Position numbers and translations under genes: made by a program. DNA of 64,000 bases from Candidatus Kapaibacterium sp. (GTDB taxonomy: Bacteria; Bacteroidota; Ignavibacteria; Kapaibacteriales; UBA2268), in contig JAPLFL010000070.1 in assembly GCA_026390695.1 (NCBI GenBank), positions 624-64,623 of the forward strand. The letters are read 5' to 3'. Every line of letters begins with the position of its first letter. Position 1 is the first letter of the stretch. This document shows positions 29,716-40,789 of this stretch, one piece after another. The notes below the pieces were generated by a model. It worked only from the letters and a program-made list of their open reading frames with translations. It ran no database searches and was not told the DNA's origin.

Positions 29716-30354
29716 TCATCCTGTAATATTTTTAATTTTATTTCGATTGAATGAAGCCCAATGCCCTAAAATATTACACTGATCAACCTCTGAAAACTTT
29801 GGACTGTCATACATCGATGATGAATTACGTTGACGAAAAGCTTCATAAAGACTAACAGCAGCGGCTACTGAGATATTTAAACTTTTAATCATCCCGACCT
29901 GAGGAATGATGAAATTAGCATCAGCCTGTTCGGTTGCTTCTTTGGAAACACCAGAATGCTCATTGCCGAAAACAAGGGCTGATGGGAGAGTAAAGTCAAT
30001 ATTATAAAGAGAAATTGATTCAGAATTAAGATGAGTTGAAAATATTTTAAAACCTTGCTCCCTCAGCGATTGGTAGCAAGAATCAACTGATGTAAAATAT
30101 TCGGTTTGTACCCAACGGTTAGCGCTTGCAGAACTGGTTTGATTAAGTTTTGGTGGTACCTGACCTGAATGATATAACAAACAAACTTTATAAACACCAA
30201 CGGCATCACAGGAACGCAGAACAGCACTCAGATTATGAGGATCATAAATATTTTCAAGCACGACCGTTAAGGATGGTTGACGGTGTTCTATCACATATTT
30301 CAACCGCTGATAACGTTCAGGTGTGATCATGTCTATATAATTCAGAGCATCCAT
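29716..30354 (-). CDS. trmH: SpoU/TrmH family RNA 2'-O-methyltransferase (tRNA Gm18-type)
   Basis: DPHN.SAVLRSCDA.G, LVFGNEH.G, SLNISVA. Confidence 0.85.
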   Translation of the reverse strand: MDALNYIDMITPERYQRLKYVIEHRQPSLTVVLENIYDPHNLSAVLRSCDAVGVYKVCLLYHSGQVPPKLNQTSSASANRWVQTEYFTSVDSCYQSLREQGFKIFSTHLNSESISLYNIDFTLPSALVFGNEHSGVSKEATEQADANFIIPQVGMIKSLNISVAAAVSLYEAFRQRNSSSMYDSPKFSEVDQCNILGHWASFNRNKIKNITG

Positions 30355-30514
30355 TTCTCAAATTTTTCAATTTAAATAGATTCAAAGCCACATAATTGAA
30401 CAATATTATTAAATAACTTTTATTGTCAACTAATATCAAAAATTATTTTTTTAAAAGATTAACAAACTCTTATCTTGATTACAAAATGCCAAATTCATAA
30501 TTCAAGATTAATTA

Positions 30515-31789
30515 TTATTTATCCGCTTCACCCATCACAGGATCAATTGAACCAATCACAAGGATTACATCGGCTATCATGGAACCTTCAGCCATTTCAG
30601 GTAAGCCTTGAAGATTAGATGCTGATGGAGAATGGATTTTCATTTTCCAAGGGCGACCAGTTCCATCTGAAACAATAAAAAAGCCTAATTCACCTTTTGG
30701 GGCTTCTATGGCTGTATATGATTCACCTACAAGGGGAGTTCCACCAAAATTAATCAGCATAAAATCATTAATCAGGCTCTCCATGCTGGTATAGACCGAT
30801 TCTTTTTTAGGAAGTGTTGTCTTTGGACTGTTTGAACGAATGGGGCCAGACGGCATCTGATCGAGGATTTGAGTTATAAGTTTTGTTGATTCCTTCATTT
30901 CATCAACTCTGACCATATACCTTGACCAGCAATCACAATCGTTATAAGTAATTACATTAAAATCAAGTTTGTCATATATCATATATGGGTTATCACGTCT
31001 CAGATCATGCTTAACACCACTACCTCTAAGGGTTGGGCCATTTAAACCAAGCTGAATACATCTTTCGGCAGACAGGATTCCAATTCCAGCAGTTCTATCA
31101 ACAAAAATTCTGTTTCTATGAACTAATTTTTCATTTTTTTGAAGTTCTTTGGGAAACTGAGCAACCCATTCTCTTATACGACGAATTATGTCATCGTTAA
31201 TATCGAAAGAAACGCCACCAATCCGTGTATGACTTGTTGTAAAGCGGGCTCCGGTGATTAACTCGAATAAATCATATAATTTTTCTCTTTCGACAAAAGT
31301 CCATAAAAGTGCAGTCAGAGCTCCTGCATCGAGACATGTAGCACCCATTGCCATTAAATGGGAAGAAATACGTGCCATTTCGCACAAAAGGGTTCTGATC
31401 CATGTTGCACGTTCAGGAACTTCAACGTTGAAAACCTTCTCAATTGCCAGAACTATAGCCACATTATTGGATAATGGTGAAAGATAATCCAAACGATCAG
31501 TATGTGGAATAAATTCATGGTAAGTCAGATTTTCGGCAAGTTTTTCAAAGCCGCGATGCAAATAGCCAAGTTCTGGTACTGCTTTAATTATATTTTCACC
31601 GTCTAAACGAAGCAAAACCCGCAGTACACCATGCGTTGCAGGATGTTGAGGCCCCATATTGAGTACCATGTCATTTTCTAAAGGGTCATCAAATATAAGC
31701 GATGTGTCTTTATCTAATAACTCACGATAAATTTTTTGTTGTCGAATTCTATTAAGTTCTTCAACTTCGGCTTTTGTTCTTAAATTCAT
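30515..31789 (-). CDS. nuoD: NADH-quinone oxidoreductase subunit D
   Basis: NMGPQHPATHGVLR, GYLHRG.EK, DRLDY, EAPKGELG, D.VMGE.DK. Confidence 0.95.
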   Translation of the reverse strand: MNLRTKAEVEELNRIRQQKIYRELLDKDTSLIFDDPLENDMVLNMGPQHPATHGVLRVLLRLDGENIIKAVPELGYLHRGFEKLAENLTYHEFIPHTDRLDYLSPLSNNVAIVLAIEKVFNVEVPERATWIRTLLCEMARISSHLMAMGATCLDAGALTALLWTFVEREKLYDLFELITGARFTTSHTRIGGVSFDINDDIIRRIREWVAQFPKELQKNEKLVHRNRIFVDRTAGIGILSAERCIQLGLNGPTLRGSGVKHDLRRDNPYMIYDKLDFNVITYNDCDCWSRYMVRVDEMKESTKLITQILDQMPSGPIRSNSPKTTLPKKESVYTSMESLINDFMLINFGGTPLVGESYTAIEAPKGELGFFIVSDGTGRPWKMKIHSPSASNLQGLPEMAEGSMIADVILVIGSIDPVMGEADK

Positions 31790-31856
31790 TTTTTCTCCGA
31801 AATTCGAATTTTATAAACATTAAAATTAAGCAAGATTCTACGTATAAACAAATATA

Positions 31857-33095
31857 TCAATATTCCTCAAGATAATCCAAATCTTTGTCAAATGTCTCCT
31901 CAAGCTGCGATAGAGCAATAAATGCAATGATAAAAGTTATTGATCCAACTAAGAGAGCTGAATTTGCCATACTGAAATGAAAGCCTGTAATAAGGAATGT
32001 AAATGATGAAGTTATCAAAACAGTAGCGCCTCTAACAAAATTTGGCACAGTAGTCGCAACAGTTGCTCTTAAATTAGTTCCGAATTGTTCTGCACCAACT
32101 GTAACGAAAACAGACCAATAGCCTATTCCCAAGCCTATACAGAAACAAAGACCATAAAACATTGTTACAGTCAGCGGCTCAAGGTATAAATATACTATTG
32201 TCAAAATATATGTTGCAACAAGGAAAATCCACAGAATTTTTTTTCTACTTCTTATCATTTGGCTACCAAAGCCACTTATTATTCCTCCGATCACTAAGCC
32301 TGAGTATGAGAACATAATAGCTTTAGAGGCTGCTATAGGTTGTGCTAATCCAAAGAATCGCCCGAATTCCGGTGAAAAAGTTATGAGAATTCCAATTACA
32401 AACCATGTCGGTAAACCTATTAAAATACATTTTATATAACGAATAAATCTTTTCTTATTGGTGAATAATCCGATGAAATCACCTTTTTTGACATTTTCAT
32501 TCTTCATATTTGAAAATATTCCAGATTCCATTATTTTAAATCTAAGTACTAAAAGAAGGAAGCCTAATGCTCCTCCAACAATATATGCCCAGTTCCAATG
32601 CAGGTAATCACCAACAATTGCAGCAGTAACCGAACCCATGATACCAACAGAAGCGACTATTGCGGTTCCATACCCTCGCTTTTCTTTTGGTAATATTTCG
32701 CTAACTAATGTGACAGCAACACCTAACTCGCCTGCCAGTCCTATTCCAGCAAATACTCTGGCAACGGAATACCAAAATACATTAGGAACAAATGCGTTTG
32801 CTACATTAGCAATGGAGTACAACAAAATTGATCCGAATAATACGGAAACTCTTCCTTTTTTATCACCTAAAATTCCCCAAAGAATGCCACCAAAGAGCAT
32901 TCCAATCATTTGCATATTAAGTAACATTGTGCCGATTTCTAACATTTTTTCAGGGGCAACTCCCAAATCCCGAAGACTTGGAACTCGTACAATTCCAAAA
33001 AGCAGAAGATCATACATATCGACAAAATAACCGAGAGCTGCCACTAATACTGGGAAGCTTAAAACTTTTGCATTTGTTGTAGAGGAACTTGTCAT
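31857..33095 (-). CDS. MFS transporter
   Basis: About 12 TM segments, GILGDKKGR; paralog of 2701..3981. Confidence 0.9.
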   Translation of the reverse strand: MTSSSTTNAKVLSFPVLVAALGYFVDMYDLLLFGIVRVPSLRDLGVAPEKMLEIGTMLLNMQMIGMLFGGILWGILGDKKGRVSVLFGSILLYSIANVANAFVPNVFWYSVARVFAGIGLAGELGVAVTLVSEILPKEKRGYGTAIVASVGIMGSVTAAIVGDYLHWNWAYIVGGALGFLLLVLRFKIMESGIFSNMKNENVKKGDFIGLFTNKKRFIRYIKCILIGLPTWFVIGILITFSPEFGRFFGLAQPIAASKAIMFSYSGLVIGGIISGFGSQMIRSRKKILWIFLVATYILTIVYLYLEPLTVTMFYGLCFCIGLGIGYWSVFVTVGAEQFGTNLRATVATTVPNFVRGATVLITSSFTFLITGFHFSMANSALLVGSITFIIAFIALSQLEETFDKDLDYLEEY

Positions 33096-33121
33096 ATTAA
33101 CCTTTTATGTTTTATGAAAAA

Positions 33122-35257
33122 TTAATCAATAAGAATAGCAGCTCCTGTTGCGAGAGATTCGAGAACTGCAAAGCTTGCATTGGTTACACTATAAATAATA
33201 TTAAAATCTATTGGCATTGGTTTACCTTCGTAAATAGCTTTGACTGTAGCTTGAACCTCTTCGGTATGACCTTTTTTTCCATCGAATTTTTTACGGATAC
33301 ATTTCCCACCCGAAAATAAATCTAAAGTCCGGAAATCATTCATAATAGCAGTTTTTCGGGCAGAAAAGACTTCAAAATATTCCTTAGGAACTGAGGAATC
33401 TCCATTGGATAAATAAGCTATAGAGCCACTGGAGCCATCTGCAAATTTAATTGTAATAAATGTATTTTCATAATCCGATGCTTCGATATTTGAAGAACTA
33501 ATATTTTCAGCATAAATTTTTATAGGTTTTGAATCTGTCAAAAAACACATACAGTCTATAAAATGACAGGCTTCTCCGATGATTCTTCCTCGTTGGCCTT
33601 CTCCATAGATCCAGTGATTTTTTGGCAGAAAACCTGCATTTACGCGATAGATCATGTTCTTTGGTTCACGAACCTCATTAAAGAATTTTTTTATTTCTTT
33701 AAAAACAGGTGAAAAACGTCGATTGAAGCCAACCATCACTCGCCCGTTATATTTTTCAACATTATCTTTTATTTCTTCAAGCTGCTGTTCATCGGTACAA
33801 AGCGGCTTTTCAACAAATATCGCTTTCCCGGCTTTTAAAGCACTAATCACATAATGAGCATGCGAATCATGGCGCGAGGAACAGAATATTGTATTAATAT
33901 CAGTATTTGAAATTAATTCATCCGAATTACTTGTACAGTATGAAAAGCCAAATCTGGAGCCAATATTCTTGGCATTTGCTGGTGTTTGAGTAGAAACAGC
34001 AATTAAATTAACTTTCTCCTCTTTTAGTGGCGGTAGCAGCGATGTTAAAGCAAAGTTACCAGCTCCGATAAATCCTATATTAATCTTTTCAGTTTTATGA
34101 ATTTTATTTGGAAAAAACACAGAGTCTCGAAGGTTCTCTTTTTCAGAGTATTTGATCAGTATTCCGATATATGGCTCTGATTGCTCTCCTGTAATGATTT
34201 TATAGGCTTCTTTTGCATTTTCAATATCAAAATCATGACTAATTAAAGCCTGCATATTGATTTTATTTGCACAAAGAAGATCAACAAAAGCCTGCATATT
34301 TCGGTTCTCTGACCAACGCACTAATCCTGCCGGATAGTCAATCCCTCTTTCTTCATAATTCGCATCATAGCGTCCAGGGCCATAACTACACGATATGCGT
34401 ATATCAATTTCTCGTTCGTAAAATGGTGATCTTGGTATATCCATACCTACGGCTCCAACAACAACTACCTTACCTTTTTTTCTTGTTAATTTAATTGCAA
34501 TTTCAATAGGTTCATTTGACTGAGTTCCTGCCGTAATAATCACAGCATCGCAGCCAATGCCGCGTGTGAAAGCATTAACATCTGAAATGCTACTTTGTGA
34601 AGAAGAAACACATATATCACATCCAAAACTTTTGGCTAAATCAAACAGTTTCTCATCAATATCCATACCGACAACCCTACAACCGGCGGCTTTCAGCAAC
34701 TGCACGGTTATCTGGCCTATTAATCCTAAACCAATAACAGCTACTGTCTCTCCCAGTCGTGGTTCAGCTTGACGAATACCTTGAAGAGCAATAGTTCCGA
34801 CAGTTGTGAATGCAGCGTCGTTATAAGACAAAGATTCAGGAATTTTTACAGCTAAATTTTTAGGAATGCAGACGTATTCAGCATGTACGGCATACCCCGC
34901 TCCTGCACATGCTACTCTATCTCCAGTAGCGAAACCTTCGGCACGAGATTCTACAACCATTCCTGAGCTACTATAGCCGAGTGTTTTGAAGGAATCAAGT
35001 TTTGATTGGACTTTTTTAATTGTAGGGATTAAGCCTTCTTTTTTAATCAGATTCATTACGAGTTTGACCTGCTCTGGCTGCTTTCGTGCTCGTTGCAGTA
35101 ATGAAGAATTAGAATTTGAAACAGATGTTTTTTCTGTACCTGAACTGATTAATGAATAATAATTTTTTACAAGTATGAAACCATCGGGACATTGCGGAAC
35201 AGGGAGTTCTTCTATGAGAATTTCCCCTGATCTTTGGTGTTGAACTATCTGAAGCAT
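33122..35257 (-). CDS. Bi-domain oxidoreductase (MDR dehydrogenase + Gfo/Idh/MocA)
   Basis: ISSGTE, LGYS, GLGLIG and SYGPGRYD in the N-half; GFIGAG, VEKP, GFNRRF and GEACHFID in the C-half. Confidence 0.9.
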   Translation of the reverse strand: MLQIVQHQRSGEILIEELPVPQCPDGFILVKNYYSLISSGTEKTSVSNSNSSLLQRARKQPEQVKLVMNLIKKEGLIPTIKKVQSKLDSFKTLGYSSSGMVVESRAEGFATGDRVACAGAGYAVHAEYVCIPKNLAVKIPESLSYNDAAFTTVGTIALQGIRQAEPRLGETVAVIGLGLIGQITVQLLKAAGCRVVGMDIDEKLFDLAKSFGCDICVSSSQSSISDVNAFTRGIGCDAVIITAGTQSNEPIEIAIKLTRKKGKVVVVGAVGMDIPRSPFYEREIDIRISCSYGPGRYDANYEERGIDYPAGLVRWSENRNMQAFVDLLCANKINMQALISHDFDIENAKEAYKIITGEQSEPYIGILIKYSEKENLRDSVFFPNKIHKTEKINIGFIGAGNFALTSLLPPLKEEKVNLIAVSTQTPANAKNIGSRFGFSYCTSNSDELISNTDINTIFCSSRHDSHAHYVISALKAGKAIFVEKPLCTDEQQLEEIKDNVEKYNGRVMVGFNRRFSPVFKEIKKFFNEVREPKNMIYRVNAGFLPKNHWIYGEGQRGRIIGEACHFIDCMCFLTDSKPIKIYAENISSSNIEASDYENTFITIKFADGSSGSIAYLSNGDSSVPKEYFEVFSARKTAIMNDFRTLDLFSGGKCIRKKFDGKKGHTEEVQATVKAIYEGKPMPIDFNIIYSVTNASFAVLESLATGAAILID

Positions 35258-35380
35258 AATATTTACTTTTCTTGTTTAAGTTTGATAATCAGCAAAACTC
35301 CAAATTTAATACTTTATTTGTTTGAATTATCTAATATCAGGTATATTTGTTTTTTTTCATAAGTAAAAATAATCAAATCA

Positions 35381-36061
35381 ATGTCAGATAAATTTGTTCA
35401 ATTAAAATTTGATTCTGAATTCGATGCAATAATTTGCCTTAATGGTAAAATTCCTACAAAGAATTTTTTCAAAAAATGCAAAAATGTTCCGATTCTTGCT
35501 TCTGATGGTGCAAGCACGAAATTATTCAAAATAAATATAATTCCTGATTATGTTATTGGTGACATGGATTCAGCTATCAGAGCTTTATTAGATAAATTTA
35601 TACCTGAAAACAGAATCATTGAAATTAGTTCGCAAGATATTACAGATTTTGAAAAAACATTAAATTTTTCTATTAAATCAGGGTTTGAAAATATTCTGAT
35701 CTGTGGCTTTCATGGCGGTGAAATGGAACATAGCCTGAATAACGTAAGTGTTTTATTAAAATATATGAATTCCTTAAATCTTACAATATTTGAACTGAAC
35801 AGATATTGTCTGCCTATCAATAAAAGTATCCAATTTCATTGTTCATTAAATGAAATGATTTCAATTATACCACAGCCCGAATGTGATTTGAATACTGATG
35901 GCTTGCAATGGGAGCTTAAAAACGAATCCCTGAAACTTGGCACAAGAGAAGGGTCAAGAAACCGAGCTATCAAAACCAAAGTTTCGATAAAGTTGAATAG
36001 CGGCAAATATCTTTTAAGCATTAATTCAATTTTATTAAAGGCACCAAATTTTTATAATTAA
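35381..36061 (+). CDS. thiN: Thiamine diphosphokinase
   Basis: ASDGA, IGDMDS, Q.ITDFEK, GG..EH..N, GL.W.L, G.RN. Confidence 0.88.
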   Translation: MSDKFVQLKFDSEFDAIICLNGKIPTKNFFKKCKNVPILASDGASTKLFKINIIPDYVIGDMDSAIRALLDKFIPENRIIEISSQDITDFEKTLNFSIKSGFENILICGFHGGEMEHSLNNVSVLLKYMNSLNLTIFELNRYCLPINKSIQFHCSLNEMISIIPQPECDLNTDGLQWELKNESLKLGTREGSRNRAIKTKVSIKLNSGKYLLSINSILLKAPNFYN

Positions 36062-36123
36062 CCGGAAATAATTAAAATTATTCTGCGTCTTCAATTGAAC
36101 AAAAAATAAAACTTGGATATATT

Positions 36124-36852
36124 ATGACTAATCAACGTTCTTGGTTTAGTAACAATTTGCAAAGGGAAGTCAATGCAAGTGTAAGTGGCCATTATGGTTT
36201 TTGTCTGCTATTATTCCCAACTTTTACTGATTCTCACGAGGAAAATGAGCAGAATGGTTTACTTGCTTCGATATCTTCACTTATTAAACATGGCTTCTGC
36301 AGAGTGTTTTGCATTGAAGGAATAATGAATCAATCATGGTTAAGCAATTCGATTACAGATGCTGAAAAATCCGATTTACACTTCAGATATAATAAATTTA
36401 TAGAAGAAGAAGTTGTACAATTTATTTTCACAGAGTGCAGTGGACCTGTCCCTATAATGACCTGTGGAGCATCATTCGGTGGATTTTTAGCTGCTAACTC
36501 ATACTTTAGAAGACCTGATATTTTCCTTGGAACAATAGCTATGAGTTCAACTTTTAATATTCAACACTTTTCTAAAGATTTTTTTGATGAAAATTGTTAT
36601 TTTAATTCTCCTATTCACTATTTACCCAATTTAACGGATTATTACTGGATGTCATTTCTTGTCAGCAAAAGACATGTTTATCTTGCGTCAGGCTCAGGCG
36701 AAAATGAATTCCCTGAAAATACCCATCATCTCAGTCATTTATTAAATAGTAAAGGTATCAACCATAAGACAGATATTTGGAATAACAGTTGGGGGCATAA
36801 TTATGAAACATGGAAAAAAATGCTTCCAAACATCCTTAAATCAAGTATCTGA
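36124..36852 (+). CDS. Putative esterase (alpha/beta hydrolase)
   Basis: GHYG..LL.FPT, nucleophile elbow GASFG, YFNSP, H...W. Confidence 0.8.
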   Translation: MTNQRSWFSNNLQREVNASVSGHYGFCLLLFPTFTDSHEENEQNGLLASISSLIKHGFCRVFCIEGIMNQSWLSNSITDAEKSDLHFRYNKFIEEEVVQFIFTECSGPVPIMTCGASFGGFLAANSYFRRPDIFLGTIAMSSTFNIQHFSKDFFDENCYFNSPIHYLPNLTDYYWMSFLVSKRHVYLASGSGENEFPENTHHLSHLLNSKGINHKTDIWNNSWGHNYETWKKMLPNILKSSI

Positions 36853-37053
36853 GTTATAATTTTTTTGCTTTTTTTTTAGATCAATATCCAGATAAATAGC
36901 TCCTAAAGACGTTTCCATATTGATTTCAATATTCAATCAACCAAAATAAAATCTTGAACATTTACTAAAATTTAAAAATAAAGTTTAGTAAATGATAATA
37001 TTTTAATTAATTTTCCTTAAATTACCAATGTTTTCTAAAATATAAAGGAATTA

Positions 37054-37821
37054 ATGGAAAATTTGCAACCCTATATATTAGTCACTAATGATGACGGGAT
37101 AGATTCTCCAGGTATATGCGCACTGGCAGCCGCTATGAAACTTCTCGGCGAGGTAGTGGTTATTGCTCCAGACAGACAGCAAAGTGCTGTAGGCCATTCT
37201 TTGACGGTAGCAGAGCCATTGAGAATAGCCAAGGTAAGGCATAATGGCAGTTTTTTCGGTTATTCTGTAAACGGGACACCTTCAGATTGTGTAAAAATCG
37301 GATTATCAACCATTTTAGATAAGAAACCTGATCTACTGGTATCAGGTATTAATCATGGCCAAAACACATCAATCAATGTCCTTTATTCAGGTACTGTTTC
37401 AGCAGCTACTGAAGGGGCTCTTGTTGGAATAAACTCTTTAGCTATTTCTCTTGATTCCCATAGTCATAATGTTGATTGCTCAGTAGCAGCACTTATTACA
37501 CAGGAAATTGTTAAAAAGTTGACAATTAATCAGTTGCCAAAAGGTACATTATTAAATATAAATATTCCTAATTTACCACAAAATCAAATAAAAGGCATAA
37601 AAATTGCTTCAATAAGTAAGAATATTTGGGCTGATTCTTATGAAAAGCGTTCTGACCCTTTTGGAAGGGAATATTATTGGTTCTGTGGCGACTTTTCAAA
37701 TGATGACAACAGTGAGGGAAGTGATTTTGTAGCTCTTCAAAGAGGATGGGTGACAGTTTCACCGATAAAATATGAATTTACTGATTATGGATTACTTGAT
37801 AAATTAAAGTTTTTAGAATAA
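37054..37821 (+). CDS. surE: 5'/3'-nucleotidase SurE
   Basis: ILVTNDDG, QSAVGHS, GTPSDCV, SGINHG.N, YSGTV.AA.EG. Confidence 0.96.
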   Translation: MENLQPYILVTNDDGIDSPGICALAAAMKLLGEVVVIAPDRQQSAVGHSLTVAEPLRIAKVRHNGSFFGYSVNGTPSDCVKIGLSTILDKKPDLLVSGINHGQNTSINVLYSGTVSAATEGALVGINSLAISLDSHSHNVDCSVAALITQEIVKKLTINQLPKGTLLNINIPNLPQNQIKGIKIASISKNIWADSYEKRSDPFGREYYWFCGDFSNDDNSEGSDFVALQRGWVTVSPIKYEFTDYGLLDKLKFLE

Positions 37822-37832
37822 TTTTTTTTAAT

Positions 37833-38153
37833 ATGCCGAAATCTATACCAATTGAAGAAATAAAAGATGGAATGATTCTATCGGATTCCTTAGTGAACAA
37901 CTTTGGTCAGACCCTTGTGCCAGCAGGAACTGTTCTATCTGACAGACATTCTCGAATTCTTAAAACCTGGAATATTTTTACTGTTTCAATTAAAAGCGAT
38001 TCCACTGAAGATGACTTTGAAATCAATGATGACATTAGAAAAAAAGCTAAAGAAAAACTTGATTTAAGAATGAACTGGGAGCCACGCAACGCAGCAGAGG
38101 AAGACCTATATTTGCTCGGTCTATTATACACAGCTAAAAATTTATTAAAATAA
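37833..38153 (+). CDS. Small protein resembling the N-terminal accessory domain of HD-GYP/HDOD proteins
   Basis: I.EIK.GMIL..S..N.FGQ.L...GT.L...H..ILK.WNI..V.I pattern; directly upstream of an HDOD gene. Confidence 0.65.
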   Translation: MPKSIPIEEIKDGMILSDSLVNNFGQTLVPAGTVLSDRHSRILKTWNIFTVSIKSDSTEDDFEINDDIRKKAKEKLDLRMNWEPRNAAEEDLYLLGLLYTAKNLLK

Positions 38154-38165
38154 AGGATTGAGCAA

Positions 38166-39014
38166 ATGATTCAAGTTGAACATTTTATAAGAAAATTAGA
38201 CGAGTTGCCAACTCTTCCTACAATTTATACTGCTCTTTCGGATGTGATGGCTAATCCTCGATCTACAGTATCGGATGCTGCAAATATAATTTCTCGTGAT
38301 CAAGCTTCAACGGCTAAGGTTCTTAAACATGCAAACTCATCAATATACGGCATCAGAGGTCAAATATCAACGATTTCGCAAGCTATATTCTTTATAGGCT
38401 TTGAAGAAGTCAAAAATTTAATAATCGCGCTTTCTATAATGAAAATGTTTAGTGGTTTAAAAGTGTCAAAAACCCTTAATCCTGTTGACCTTTGGAAGCA
38501 TTCTATAGCAGTGGGAGTCATTAGCAGATTAATTGGAAAAGGGCTTGGGATCAAGCATCTGGAGGATTTTTTTATTGCCGGTATTCTTCATGACGTAGGA
38601 AAATTGATGTTTTATAAATTTCTACCAACTGAATACTCTGAGGTTGTGAACTATTCTAATGAAAAAAAAATAAGTCTTCGTGAAGCTGAAGCTGAAAAAT
38701 TAGGGATTACCCATACTATAGTAGGAGAAATGTTAGCAGAAAAATGGAGATTGCCAAGAAATATTAAGAATACTATTAGCTCACATCATAGTTGTCTTGT
38801 TGATGGTAAAATTGACGAAACGGCTTATTGTGTGCATTTAGCTGACATAATAGCCCATTTCATGCAATACAATATTTCAAATTTAGGAATGATCCCAAAA
38901 CCGAATATTAATCTATGGAATGAATTTAATTTTTCCGAAGGATTTTTTTCAAAATTGTATCCACAAATAATTCGTGATTACGAAGAATCTGCTTCTCTTT
39001 TATTGAATAAATAA
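38166..39014 (+). CDS. HDOD domain protein
   Basis: LPTLP, DQ...AKVL..ANS, AI..IG, LWKHS, AGILHDVGK, H...G..LA.KW.LP. Confidence 0.92.
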   Translation: MIQVEHFIRKLDELPTLPTIYTALSDVMANPRSTVSDAANIISRDQASTAKVLKHANSSIYGIRGQISTISQAIFFIGFEEVKNLIIALSIMKMFSGLKVSKTLNPVDLWKHSIAVGVISRLIGKGLGIKHLEDFFIAGILHDVGKLMFYKFLPTEYSEVVNYSNEKKISLREAEAEKLGITHTIVGEMLAEKWRLPRNIKNTISSHHSCLVDGKIDETAYCVHLADIIAHFMQYNISNLGMIPKPNINLWNEFNFSEGFFSKLYPQIIRDYEESASLLLNK

Positions 39015-39018
39015 ATTC

Positions 39019-40779
39019 ATGGAGAATATCAATAAATATGATTACGAATCTATAGATTGGGAATTTTTCTTTAAAGCTATAGATGTTTTTATCTCAAAAA
39101 AATCCAACTTTCAAAGTGTAAATGAATTAATATTAAATGGATTAAAAGTATTTCAAGAAATTCATTTTTTAAAATTTGTTGCATTTTTTACCTTTGATTA
39201 TAAAAACGCAGAATTTTTTTTAAAATCTATTATACCTGAAGAATTTTCAGAAAATGCACAAAAAACATTTGACGGTCTTTCTGAACAAGGCAGTATAGGA
39301 GTCGCAATCAATAAGGGGTCAGTTATTATTGCTAATCCCGATATTTTTTATAATCTCGATTCAATTAATTTTATTTCTCCAATTATTTTTTCTTCCGGTG
39401 TCTTTGGTCTTGTACTCATCTCGACAAATAAAACCCGATTAGATATAAGTTTGATTTTTCAACAATTTCTCACTCTATATTCTTCAATTTTTACAAGCGC
39501 TATTGAAAATTCAATTTTAATCAGTGATCTCAATAAAAATTCTTCACTTTTGGAGCAAAAGGTAGCAGAACGAACTATATCATTGTCTCAAAGTAAAAGA
39601 GAAATAAATGCAATATTAGATGCAACTCATTGTGGAATAATGGTGATTGATTCCGATACCGGAGAGATAATCAAGATTAACCACGGCTGTTTGGAGATAA
39701 TAGGTGATATTGAATCGAAAATTCTGTCCTCCAAATATACAGAATATCTTGACTATGATCTTCCACAAAATTCTATTAAGGAATATGGCTCCATAAAATC
39801 TAGAAAATTCGAATCTAATTTAAAAGCCTCCAACGGAAATATCATTCCGATAATTCGTTCAACTTCTTATTTTAATCTTGGAACTGCTCGTTTCAGAATC
39901 GAAAATTTTAATGACATTCCTGAAATCAAACAAGCACAGCAGAAGCTCAAAAGGGCAAATGAAATTTTAGAACTTCAAGTCGAAGAACGTACCGAGGATT
40001 ATAAAATTCTTATACATAAATTAAAACAACAAATATCAGAACGTGAAAGAGCGGAAATAGAAATACGAAGGCTCTTACAAAAGGAAATTGATCTTAATGA
40101 ATTAAAGTCTCGCTTCATATCTATGGTTTCACACGAATTCAGAACTCCATTAACAATTATACGTTCCTCTTCTCAGTTAATTAGTGAATATTATAAATTA
40201 TTAACTGAAGAGGAAAAATTGAATTATCTGCAAACTATTACTCAAACTGTAGATAATATGACAGATATGATGGAAAATGTCGTTTTTATTGAGCAAGCAT
40301 CTATAGAAAATGAGATCGCCACACCATCGTGGATACGTTTAAAGGATTTTTGTTTATTATTAATCAATGATGTGAAAAAATATTCTTCAAAAAGCCGAAT
40401 AATTAATTTCTCATATCAAGGCGAAATTGATTATGTTTATGTCGATAGTACAATTTTAAGATTAATACTCGTAAATTTATTAGCCAATTCAATAAAATAC
40501 TCTGAAACAAAAAGTATAGTAAACATAGATGTAATTGGAACCGATAAATTTGCAACTTTCGTCATAAAAGATTCAGGGATTGGGATTCCAAATGATGAAA
40601 TTGAAAAAATATTCGATACGTTTTACAGAGCAAAAAATGTCGGTGAAATTTCAGGTACTGGCTTAGGTATGACAGTAGTAATGCGATCTTTGAAGTTATT
40701 AAACGGAACATTGGATATAAATAGTCAATTAGAAGTTGGAACAACATTTACAGTTAAAATTCCAATAAACGATCAATAA
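39019..40779 (+). CDS. Cytoplasmic sensor histidine kinase (GAF-like/PAS/HisKA/HATPase)
   Basis: VSHEFRTPL H-box, NSIKYS, DSGIGI, GTGLG; no TM segment evident. Confidence 0.9.
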   Translation: MENINKYDYESIDWEFFFKAIDVFISKKSNFQSVNELILNGLKVFQEIHFLKFVAFFTFDYKNAEFFLKSIIPEEFSENAQKTFDGLSEQGSIGVAINKGSVIIANPDIFYNLDSINFISPIIFSSGVFGLVLISTNKTRLDISLIFQQFLTLYSSIFTSAIENSILISDLNKNSSLLEQKVAERTISLSQSKREINAILDATHCGIMVIDSDTGEIIKINHGCLEIIGDIESKILSSKYTEYLDYDLPQNSIKEYGSIKSRKFESNLKASNGNIIPIIRSTSYFNLGTARFRIENFNDIPEIKQAQQKLKRANEILELQVEERTEDYKILIHKLKQQISERERAEIEIRRLLQKEIDLNELKSRFISMVSHEFRTPLTIIRSSSQLISEYYKLLTEEEKLNYLQTITQTVDNMTDMMENVVFIEQASIENEIATPSWIRLKDFCLLLINDVKKYSSKSRIINFSYQGEIDYVYVDSTILRLILVNLLANSIKYSETKSIVNIDVIGTDKFATFVIKDSGIGIPNDEIEKIFDTFYRAKNVGEISGTGLGMTVVMRSLKLLNGTLDINSQLEVGTTFTVKIPINDQ

Positions 40780-40789
40780 TAAGTAAAAA

